NCBI GenBank assembly: GCA_050290185.1
Contig: JBNKHE010000001.1
Span: 578,713-642,712, forward strand
Direction of reading: 5' to 3'
DNA: 64,000 bases
DNA from: Pontiella sp.
GTDB taxonomy: Bacteria; Verrucomicrobiota; Kiritimatiellia; Kiritimatiellales; Pontiellaceae
Below, one piece after another: positions 55,803-64,000 of this stretch; position 1 is the stretch's first letter, and each line of letters opens with the position of its first letter. The position numbers and the translations under genes are program-made. The notes below the pieces were generated by a model that did not search any database, was not told the origin of the DNA, and worked only from the letters and a program-made list of their open reading frames with translations.

Positions 55803-57791
55803 TTAAGTGGACGGTATGCGGATCACGGTCAGAGAGTTGGGCTCGACCGTCAGTTCGAAGGAGGAACCCACGCCCTGTTTATCCACAACCGGCAGGATTT
55901 CTCCGACGGCATCATCTCGGCCCGCGTTTACCTTGTTCGCATCCTTACCGGAAATCACAAGCATTGCGGCCTGCGACTTGGTGCTGGTGCGGCCCTTGAG
56001 CTCGATACGAAGCACGCGACGCTTGTCCTCTCCGTTCACCAATTTGATGTAGATATTCCCTGTCGCACTGTCCTTCACCGTCGAGGCGGCAAAACGACCG
56101 CCGACACCATCAACCGTCGTGTCCAGATAGATGTCGCCACCGCTGTTTCCCAGCACTTTCTGCACCTGGTAGCTGATGGTTGGGAATACCTCGGTATTGT
56201 TGAAGAAGATCAAGTCGGGCGTCCAGTGCGTGTTGCCATGACGCGCCAGCAACGGCGCATAGGAGGCCATGGAAACCACATCGCCATTGCGCTCCAGACT
56301 GGTCCAATAGGCGGCTTCGGCGATAGCAGCTCGCAGCGTGGATTTCTTGCCCCCGTCGTGGGCGGCCCATTCGCCGAAATAAACCTTGGGCCCGTTGCGG
56401 TCGTAGGTATCCCAACGGTTGAGATTGTTCCAGAACCAATCGGGCGACTTGTAGCAATGCTCGTCGACCATATCGACCTTCAGCTCTTTCGCGAGAGCCC
56501 ATCCCTTTTCGTAGTCCGTGCCGTCGGGCGACGGCCCCACGGTACCGACGACCGTGATTTCAGGATGCTTCTCCTTGAGGACCTTGTAGATCATTTCAAA
56601 GCGTTCTTCAAAACCGGGCGTGATGGCATCCTCGTTGCCAACACCGAGATACTTTAAATTGAATGGTTCGGGATGTCCGGCGGCGGCGCGCCTGGAACCC
56701 CATTCGGAATCGGCCGGTCCGTTGGCCCATTCGATCAGATCGAGCATATCCTGAATGAAGGCCGGCATGGCTTCCATCGCCACGCACTGCTGGCCTTGCC
56801 CCCATGCGCGGGTAATGCTTGCTCCGGAGTTCTGGCAGCTAACGCCGGCCGGCATGATCGGAAGCGGCTCGGCACCGATATCCTCGCAGAATTGGAAATA
56901 TTCAAAATAGCCCAACCCCAGACTCTGGTGGTAGCGCCAGATATTGCGCTGGCCCTTGCGCTGTTCGACCGGACCGATGCTGGCTTTCCAGTTATACATA
57001 TTGTCGAGACCATCTCCATGAACCAGACAGCCGCCGGGGAAACGCATGAAGCGCGGCTTGATGTCCGCAATCGCCTGCGCCAGATCGGCGCGCAGACCAT
57101 TGGGATGGCCTTTGAAGGTATTGCGCGGAAACAGCGAAACCATATCGATCCCGATACGGCCCTTGCCATGCGCGAGCAGCACGAGGCGGGCGTCATCCAC
57201 GGTTTTCTTCGGCTTCAGTTCCGCCGTATATTTTTTCCATGACGTGTTAATCGTCGGCAGCTCGGCCTTGGCCAGCACCTCACTGCCGTCCTTCGTTTCG
57301 AGCAACACGGTAAAGGCACATTCCGGATTGGATAGTTGCCGGGCAAAAACGGAAAAGTCGTAGAGTTCGTCTTTCTTCAGCGGAATGCCTCCGTAGCCAT
57401 GATTGATCACGCCGACGCCTTCGCCCGGATTCCTGATGCCCAGCACGAGATAGAGCGGGTTGTTCGGATGGACCGGATCGGCAGAGTCGCTGATCAGTTC
57501 CCCTTCGCCGCCCCCGCGTTGTTCCAGCTGCCAGAAGGAGAGTGGTTGCCAGTCCCCCGGTCCATCCGCCGCCGCATAGTCGAATGAACGATTTTCAACC
57601 AGCTCGGCATAGAGCCCGCCATCGGCCGCATAACTGAGATCTTCGAAGAAGACCCCCATCAGTAAAGGACTGATCGGCTTGCTCGCGTTCAGGTCGATTG
57701 ACACGACGGCCGGGTCTGCGGCCGACCGCTGTCCTATCGCCAGCGCGAGAAAGACCAACAACAATGAGACACGGGAACAGGTTACCTTCAT
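55803..57791 (-). CDS. Secreted GH51 alpha-L-arabinofuranosidase
   Basis: FFEDLSYAADGGLYAEL, MRFPGGC, GVGNED, DEHCY, GEWA, YAPLL. Confidence 0.93.
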   Translation of the reverse strand: MKVTCSRVSLLLVFLALAIGQRSAADPAVVSIDLNASKPISPLLMGVFFEDLSYAADGGLYAELVENRSFDYAAADGPGDWQPLSFWQLEQRGGGEGELISDSADPVHPNNPLYLVLGIRNPGEGVGVINHGYGGIPLKKDELYDFSVFARQLSNPECAFTVLLETKDGSEVLAKAELPTINTSWKKYTAELKPKKTVDDARLVLLAHGKGRIGIDMVSLFPRNTFKGHPNGLRADLAQAIADIKPRFMRFPGGCLVHGDGLDNMYNWKASIGPVEQRKGQRNIWRYHQSLGLGYFEYFQFCEDIGAEPLPIMPAGVSCQNSGASITRAWGQGQQCVAMEAMPAFIQDMLDLIEWANGPADSEWGSRRAAAGHPEPFNLKYLGVGNEDAITPGFEERFEMIYKVLKEKHPEITVVGTVGPSPDGTDYEKGWALAKELKVDMVDEHCYKSPDWFWNNLNRWDTYDRNGPKVYFGEWAAHDGGKKSTLRAAIAEAAYWTSLERNGDVVSMASYAPLLARHGNTHWTPDLIFFNNTEVFPTISYQVQKVLGNSGGDIYLDTTVDGVGGRFAASTVKDSATGNIYIKLVNGEDKRRVLRIELKGRTSTKSQAAMLVISGKDANKVNAGRDDAVGEILPVVDKQGVGSSFELTVEPNSLTVIRIPST

Positions 57792-57977
57792 AAATTCCTC
57801 CAATTAGTAAAAAACAAGCGGGCGACATCAATGTAAGAACAGAACGCCACTTATTCCCCACAGTTTTATAAGTTATCAATATGAAGAAAACACCATACTT
57901 CATCAAGGATCGTTTCCTTTAATCATGTAGGCGTTGTAAATGTATGGAAAACCCGGCATGGAGGCACAGTCAAGCGA

Positions 57978-58943
57978 CTACAAGCACTCCTGTGTCGATT
58001 CCCGCACAATCAACCGGCCCGGCAATATGGCCGATGTGGCAGTGCCCGGGTTGGCGATGGACTTAACAGCATGGTGCGCAATGTCTTCAACAGGCTGGCG
58101 AACCGTGGTAATGGAAGGCATAAACTGCCCTGCTGCCGGAATATCATCAAAGCCAGTCACCGGCCATTGCGCTCCTGAATCACGTAGCGCATGGAGTGCA
58201 CCCATAGCGATCATATCCGTTGCACAGACCAGCGCAGCCGGCTCCCGGTTTTCAGCGAGCAGTGTTTCCGCCGATCGCAGCCCGGCAGTAAAACCATCCT
58301 CTGATGAAACCAGCCGTTCCAGCTGAATCCCCTTGGAATCTGCCACTCGTTTAAAGGCTTCATAGCGTAAATCATGCCCATACAGATTGGATCCGATGAA
58401 GCAATAGCGGCGACTGCCCCTGGATATCAGATGCTCCAGCAACTGATCGGCAGCGGTAAGATCATCAATGGCAACACAAATGCCATGATCCGCAGGTTCA
58501 CCATGCCCGATACGAACCACCGGCAGGTGCTTAAACCCATTGAGCCAATCATTACCAGCGGCAGAACCCAGCACAATCAAACCGTCTATGACATGCTTAT
58601 GTAACGGGGTAAGGTCGGATATAGACGGGTGCCGCCCGCTGAATCCGACTAAAATAAGGGAATACCCCTCCTGATGTACCTCTTTCTGCAGTTGTTCCAA
58701 CATGGAGCCGAAGAAAGGATCAAGAAAATCGTATACCACCACCCCAAGGGTGTTCGAGGCCTTCCCTTTTAGGGTTTGGGCTGCAACGTTGGGTACATAT
58801 CCCATTTCCCGGGCAACCTTTTGTACCCGTTCAATGGTCTCCTGGGCAATGCCGATTTCGCGCGCGGTTCCGGATAACGAACGTGAAACTACCGCGATGG
58901 AAACCCCTAACCGCTCCGCAATCTGCTTCTGATTCACTGCCAT
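57978..58943 (-). CDS. LacI-family transcriptional regulator
   Basis: QKQIAERLGVSIAVVSRSL helix-turn-helix, YVPNVAA hinge, TGFDDI, TTVRQP, RES. Confidence 0.95.
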   Translation of the reverse strand: MAVNQKQIAERLGVSIAVVSRSLSGTAREIGIAQETIERVQKVAREMGYVPNVAAQTLKGKASNTLGVVVYDFLDPFFGSMLEQLQKEVHQEGYSLILVGFSGRHPSISDLTPLHKHVIDGLIVLGSAAGNDWLNGFKHLPVVRIGHGEPADHGICVAIDDLTAADQLLEHLISRGSRRYCFIGSNLYGHDLRYEAFKRVADSKGIQLERLVSSEDGFTAGLRSAETLLAENREPAALVCATDMIAMGALHALRDSGAQWPVTGFDDIPAAGQFMPSITTVRQPVEDIAHHAVKSIANPGTATSAILPGRLIVRESTQECL

Positions 58944-59122
58944 GGCACCACCTCAAAAAAATCTCAAACGAGAAGCGCATAGTGATTGCAGAGTGCATTA
59001 CTTGTAAAGAGCCAACTTGGCATTTCGGCCCTGTTCTCCGGGATGGGAGAAGGCACTAAGGCTTGGAAGCGGGCGTGACCTGCACGCCCGCAGAAGATTG
59101 CCTGTATCCACACGCAATCCAT

Positions 59123-61963
59123 TTAGTTTTCCACCTTCAACCGGACAAAGAGCTGGTTGGTCATCGCAGCCCCGAGAGTCGCCTCGATTTCATCCGGTCC
59201 GGTGTTTGTGGTATAGGATATACCGGAGCTGAACCAGTTGCTGGACGTCAGGTCCGTTGTCCATTCCACGGTTCCCGTCACGCCGGAGGACGACGGATTG
59301 AACGGATGAACTACGGAAAGATAGCTGTTTGTCCACGACAGGATGCTCTGCGGAGGCGCAGGATCGGTCGGATCCCATCCCAGATAGTATTCCATCCCGT
59401 TCGGAATGCCGTTGGTGTTCGCATCATCTTCGAAGGACGCGCCCGGAATGCCATAGCTTGCGGCATATAGGTCGTAGCCGCTCTGCCCGAATGTTTCGGT
59501 TACGAAAGATCCGGGGACCAAGGTCACGCCGGAAATCGCAACGGCATCGATAATGCCGAAGAAACGGTCTACGTGCCCGTCGGCCCACATGCCGCGCGCG
59601 ACGCTCCACTGGCCATAGCCCAGCCCCAGCGCGGTATCTGTACCGCTTGTTGTCAGATCCAACGATCCGATCTGCGAACCGTCCAAGTACAGGCGCAGGG
59701 TTGAGCCGTCACTGGTCGCGACCGCGGTATACCATGTCCCCACGGTCAATCCCGCCGCAACCTGAAGATTGTGTGCAGCCCCCTCGACATCCCGGTACTC
59801 GATCGCAAGGTCGGTTCCGCGCGTGGAAAAGTAAAGTGCTGCAGCACTGCCGGTAACTCCACCGACATTGCGGCCGTCGCGACCGACGATCGTTCTGTTG
59901 CCGGAGAGATCGGTGGATTTGAATATCGCCTCAATCGTCCAGTTGATCGGAGTGATCGCCTCGGCATCGATCCCCGTTAGATACGGATTGTAGGCGGAAT
60001 CGGTGCCGGCGGCGGGGTACGAGCCGTTCTCTGTCATGCCGTAGTCGCCCTGGAGGCTGTCCGCGCTCCATTTCATCCAGCTGGATGTCCAAGCGGTCAA
60101 ATGGTTCCCGTTGCCTGACAAATCGGTCGATCCAATGCGAAAGTCATCTGTATCCATGGCACCATCGCCGTCCAAGTCGACACGATCGCCGTTACCGGGA
60201 AGGAAAGCGCCGTCCGCCGCCCCCGCATCGGCGAAGTCCCAATAGAGAACCGGGCCGGATTCATAATCCGGCGGAGCGGCAACCACGTTAATTTGAAGTG
60301 CAGCATCCGAGCTGGCCCCGGAAACATCTTCGACGCGGACGACAAAGGAATTCAATCCTTCGTATATGCTGGATGGCGTTCCTGAAAGCGTTCCATTCGC
60401 CGCCACGGCAAGCCAGGCCGGCCCATCGAGTTTGGTGAACGTCAGCGTGTCGCCATCGGCATCGTAGACCTGGTTGGTCAATGACGGAGCGGCGTAGGCT
60501 TCGCCCGAAACCGCCGAAGGAAGGATTACTACGTTGGTGGAGAACACCGGCGCCGAATCCGCGCTTTGGCCCCAAAGGTCCCAGATTTCCGAACCGTCGA
60601 GCGCATGGTTATAGACCCGGAAGTCGTCGACACGACCGTTGAACAGAGGATCGGAATACTGGCTCTTGCCGATATAGTTTTGCGTAGGCAGGAAATTGCT
60701 GAGATGGGTTCGGATGCCGAAGGTTGATCCCGCCGCCTCTCCGTTGACGTAAAGCGTGGCGTAGTCTCCATTCAAGACCGCCGCCAAATGCACCCACTGG
60801 GCCGAGGGAAGGACGGTTGTTTCGACGATTTGTTCAGAGCCAATCCCATATACCCTATCCTTGAAAGCCAGCCGCAGTGTGCCGCTTCCCGATTTCGGGG
60901 TCAGGAACATGTATTGATCCGTCCCGGTGCCGAAATCAAAGATGCGTTGCCAGTTGTTCCCGCCATCCCACCGGACCCAGGTCGCGACGGTGATGTCCTT
61001 GGCCTTCCCCACGGCATCCGGCAGGTCGACATAGTCGTTGGCCCCATCCAAATCGATGGCCTGCCCAATCATTCCGGTGGTGTATGCGGGGGAACCATAT
61101 GCGGTTCCATGATTCATATTCACGCTGTCCGAAACATTGCCCTCCAAGTCCAGCTGTACCAGCTGCGGCGACGCATCAACCCAAAGTTGACGCACGCGGC
61201 TGTTGAGGGTTTCCCCCGCTCCGGTGGCCGCGCAATGGTAGCTGCCTGCATCGGCCGTTTCGGCGTTGGCAATCTTTAGGGTCGGGCTGGTTGCCCCGGA
61301 AATATCTCCACCATTCACAAGGGCAACCCCGCCCTTGTACCACTGGTAGCTTGTAGCCACCGGCGATTCCACCCGAAACTCGGCTGTTTCGCCGGGATGG
61401 ACCAGTTCGTTCTCGGCCTCCTTGTTGTAGGCCATAATGCCCATATCGCAACGGATCCCGGCCATAATGCGAAGCATCCAGATCCGCTCGATGAATCCGT
61501 CTTCATTATCGTAGTTGAACCCGCCGGGCCAGATCGCATGCCCATCGCCGTGCAATCCGTCCCCGTAGGTATTAAAGGTATCGAACTGAGCCTGATTTCC
61601 ATACTGGCCTCCCCAAACTCCGCCGGCAATCAGGTTGGCATAGGCCGTCGTCGTACCCATTCCGAAGGTGTGCGCACCTTCGTGGAAAACCACACGTGTA
61701 TTGCGCGTACCGCCAAACCCCATGTATCCATTGTAGTTGGCCTCGGCGGTAGGTATGCCGGAGTTGTAGTAGACATCCCAATGCTTGTTGATCGAGGCAT
61801 ACTGGTTGATGATCGGAACCGCTTCGGCCACGGAATCGGCAACCTGCTGCTCCTCGGGTGAATTCGACGGAGTGAAATGGAGCGTGTAGGTGACGTCGCT
61901 CCATGCGGTCGACACGCCGAGTGCCAACACGGCATACCTTGTACGGAAAATCTTTCTGCTCAT
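59123..61963 (-). CDS. Secreted multidomain protein: HExxH zincin-like domain, Ig, LamG, Ig/cadherin-like, LamG, Ca-binding-like motif, C-terminal FVRL module
   Basis: VFHEGAHTFG; SYQWYKGG..GSYHC; WQRIFDFG..WVHLA..GRVDDFRVY; DADGDTLTF..PAWL; DANTNGIPNGMEYYLGWDP. Confidence 0.88.
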   Translation of the reverse strand: MSRKIFRTRYAVLALGVSTAWSDVTYTLHFTPSNSPEEQQVADSVAEAVPIINQYASINKHWDVYYNSGIPTAEANYNGYMGFGGTRNTRVVFHEGAHTFGMGTTTAYANLIAGGVWGGQYGNQAQFDTFNTYGDGLHGDGHAIWPGGFNYDNEDGFIERIWMLRIMAGIRCDMGIMAYNKEAENELVHPGETAEFRVESPVATSYQWYKGGVALVNGGDISGATSPTLKIANAETADAGSYHCAATGAGETLNSRVRQLWVDASPQLVQLDLEGNVSDSVNMNHGTAYGSPAYTTGMIGQAIDLDGANDYVDLPDAVGKAKDITVATWVRWDGGNNWQRIFDFGTGTDQYMFLTPKSGSGTLRLAFKDRVYGIGSEQIVETTVLPSAQWVHLAAVLNGDYATLYVNGEAAGSTFGIRTHLSNFLPTQNYIGKSQYSDPLFNGRVDDFRVYNHALDGSEIWDLWGQSADSAPVFSTNVVILPSAVSGEAYAAPSLTNQVYDADGDTLTFTKLDGPAWLAVAANGTLSGTPSSIYEGLNSFVVRVEDVSGASSDAALQINVVAAPPDYESGPVLYWDFADAGAADGAFLPGNGDRVDLDGDGAMDTDDFRIGSTDLSGNGNHLTAWTSSWMKWSADSLQGDYGMTENGSYPAAGTDSAYNPYLTGIDAEAITPINWTIEAIFKSTDLSGNRTIVGRDGRNVGGVTGSAAALYFSTRGTDLAIEYRDVEGAAHNLQVAAGLTVGTWYTAVATSDGSTLRLYLDGSQIGSLDLTTSGTDTALGLGYGQWSVARGMWADGHVDRFFGIIDAVAISGVTLVPGSFVTETFGQSGYDLYAASYGIPGASFEDDANTNGIPNGMEYYLGWDPTDPAPPQSILSWTNSYLSVVHPFNPSSSGVTGTVEWTTDLTSSNWFSSGISYTTNTGPDEIEATLGAAMTNQLFVRLKVEN

Positions 61964-61996
61964 GACTATCCTCTTTTTATTACCCGCTCGGGGTTC

Positions 61997-64000
61997 TTAT
62001 TTTTTCAGACGGTAAAACGCCTTCTCCGCCGGAAGAGGCAACGAGACAGACAGTCCGTTCGTTGAGTTTCCGACGGCATTGGTTACGGTTGTCCAAAGAT
62101 TGGATGCACCCAATTCATCCGAATGCGCCAACGTAAATCCCACCGTATTTCCGGGCCAGGTCAACGTGCTCATTCCTCCCGATATATCGAGGTTCAGACC
62201 TGGAGTTTCCTTTACCAACACATCCGGTCCGGCCAGATAGTGGCCGTAGATATCATACCAGGACAGCACCTCGGAATAGATCCGCACTTCGTCATATTCC
62301 ACATGGGAGTTGGAGTCCCCGCTCCACTGCGAACGGCCCAGCCAGTTGTTTACGTCTTCGATATCCTGCAACTGGAAAGGCACATCGCGCCAACCGATCT
62401 GATAGCCGTCGCGATAAAGCGTCATGCGACCACCCGTAGCACCGAAGAACCCGACGCCGTCCTCGAAGGTGAAGACATAGTGATAGCGGGTACCCACCGT
62501 CGTGTCCATGCACGTGCCTGATACCGCATCTTTATTGGTATTGGCGGAGTCGACCATGGCGCAATTTTGCTTATTAATATCAGTGCCGACATTGATGGTC
62601 CAGTACATCGCGTTTAACGCCGAGGTTCCGCCGGATGCGGGACCAGTCCACTCGCCTCCGCCATCGCCCGTTTCTGCTGTTCTTCCGAACGAGAAAAGCC
62701 GTTGCCAGTTTTTCGAGGCGGCTGGCGTTGCCCAGATTTCCACCGTCACATTGGTGAGCGATGAAATGATACCATTGGGCAAGTCGAGATAGGCCGCATC
62801 GCCTGTTGCGGTCGTGTCACCGGGCAGTAGCAATCCCGTACCGCTGAAAGTCGCACGGTTGCCGTTCACCACGGCTTCCACGCCGGAAACCGCATCCGTG
62901 ATCGTCGTGCCCGACGAAACGGAGCCCGCGGCATCATCGAACGACCAGCGATAAACCAACGACGACAGATTGGTCACATTATCCTGCATCGGTTCGATAA
63001 AGGCTCCCAAAGCCGACAGCGGCGCTGCAAATACCGTACAGTGGTGCGGCGGGCCTCCATCATATCCATAATCGGGGACATAGCTCTTCTTCGGCATGTC
63101 CGTGAGCGCAGTTACATCCGTCCAGTTGGTGGTATCGGAGGAAACCGCCATGCCAAACACGTCATCGCCATAGCCATAGTTGTCGTAGCATAGGTGCCAG
63201 GAATCCCCGATCTTGAACAGGCATGGCCCCTCGTCCCCGCCGGAAGTTGCCTGACGGGGATTGGTCCAGGGTCCATACGGCGTGCTGCTATCCAGCACCC
63301 ATATCTGGGCATTATCCTTGTAGGCCATGATATAGTGGCTCGCAGCGACCTTGGCTACAAAACCATCGATCTGCTCGCCCGTCGGATTCGAAGCATTCCA
63401 GTACATGACAACAGGATCGGCAAAGGTCGCGAAGTCGGTCGTCGTCGTATAATAGATCCGGATCGCATTCCCGCCGACGCCGGATGAGAATGCGATCAGG
63501 TATTGATCAAGGACCTCGTCGTAGAAAATCTCCGGCGCCCAGGTGTGATCTACCGCACTCGGCTCGTTTTCCCAGATCTGCACCAGTTTGACATTCGACC
63601 AATGGACCAGATCGGGCGATTCGGCATAGCCGAAGGAGCGGGAATTGATGTCCGAAGTAAAGACCAGATGATACAAGCCGTCGGGGCCATGGACCATGGA
63701 TGGGTCGCGAACGAGATTTTGGTAGCCGTCCGTGTTGTCTGCATCGTCGCCCGGGAACTCCGGCGGCACGAAAACGGGATGGCCGTTGTTCAACGGCTTG
63801 AAGTCGTATCCATTGGTACTCCAGCTCAGAAAAACCCCGCTGTTTCCGCCGGCCGGATAGTAGCCTTCGTGGTAGCACATGAGATACACCGTCTCGTTCG
63901 TTACCCCGGCCAATGCCCCCCCCACCTTGCTGGGCGTCGGCGGAGGCGGCGGTTCAATCACAATGTTCGTCGACGGGAACGAGGTATCCACGCCGGAGGT
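61997..64000 (-). CDS. Partial multidomain protein: Pro-rich linker, GH43, LamG, C-terminal FYRL module (5' end outside the window)
   Basis: Frame open to the window edge; VRDPSM, TWAPEI, IDG, DEGP; WQRLFSFG..YDEVRIY. Confidence 0.88.
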   Translation of the reverse strand, partial: TSGVDTSFPSTNIVIEPPPPPTPSKVGGALAGVTNETVYLMCYHEGYYPAGGNSGVFLSWSTNGYDFKPLNNGHPVFVPPEFPGDDADNTDGYQNLVRDPSMVHGPDGLYHLVFTSDINSRSFGYAESPDLVHWSNVKLVQIWENEPSAVDHTWAPEIFYDEVLDQYLIAFSSGVGGNAIRIYYTTTTDFATFADPVVMYWNASNPTGEQIDGFVAKVAASHYIMAYKDNAQIWVLDSSTPYGPWTNPRQATSGGDEGPCLFKIGDSWHLCYDNYGYGDDVFGMAVSSDTTNWTDVTALTDMPKKSYVPDYGYDGGPPHHCTVFAAPLSALGAFIEPMQDNVTNLSSLVYRWSFDDAAGSVSSGTTITDAVSGVEAVVNGNRATFSGTGLLLPGDTTATGDAAYLDLPNGIISSLTNVTVEIWATPAASKNWQRLFSFGRTAETGDGGGEWTGPASGGTSALNAMYWTINVGTDINKQNCAMVDSANTNKDAVSGTCMDTTVGTRYHYVFTFEDGVGFFGATGGRMTLYRDGYQIGWRDVPFQLQDIEDVNNWLGRSQWSGDSNSHVEYDEVRIYSEVLSWYDIYGHYLAGPDVLVKETPGLNLDISGGMSTLTWPGNTVGFTLAHSDELGASNLWTTVTNAVGNSTNGLSVSLPLPAEKAFYRLKK

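Noticed and set aside
57905..57919. LacI operator candidate AAGGATCGTTTCCTT
   Set aside because: Only a weak match to the CG-centred LacI consensus and no second copy found
63989..63991. GTG start of the last ORF
   Set aside because: Frame stays open to the window edge and there is no signal peptide; the gene is truncated by the window

Overview
High-GC bacterial chromosome segment. The PEP-CTERM protein, SHD1-domain secreted proteins, TIGR02999-type ECF sigma/Ser-Thr kinase pair and divergent EF-Tu suggest the PVC superphylum, possibly Kiritimatiellota/Pontiella-like (inference). 1-5.6 kb: core tRNA-Thr, tuf, rpmG, tRNA-Trp, secE, nusG, rplKAJL, rpoB operon. 5.6-15.4 kb: hypC-hypD-[GH35, membrane protein]-hypE, divergent from an ArsR regulator, a four-domain CoA-persulfide reductase/rhodanese/TusA/DsrE fusion and two OsmC genes. 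15.4-19.7 kb: SHD1 proteins, a paralog remnant, thrC, cysE. 19.7-28.9 kb: two-component system divergent from a coupled YceI, type III PKS, MMPL, membrane-methyltransferase/FAD-monooxygenase fusion, UbiE, methyltransferase operon. 29-32.9 kb: rpmI-rplT-trpD, obgE, rpmA, rplU, tRNA-Ala. 33-64 kb: all-minus-strand arabinose/xylose glycan-degradation locus (GH27, 2x GH51, 2x GH31, GH3, 4x GH43, LacI) with an ECF/kinase pair, a PEP-CTERM protein and large secreted modular proteins sharing an unnamed ~70-aa F-x-R-L module. Best novelty candidates: the PKS-III operon with its fusion gene, the recurring module (possible sorting or docking tag), an unnamed ~200-aa domain shared by neighbouring proteins, and a HExxH protein in the glycan locus. 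All calls are by-eye motif recognition; no searches were run.
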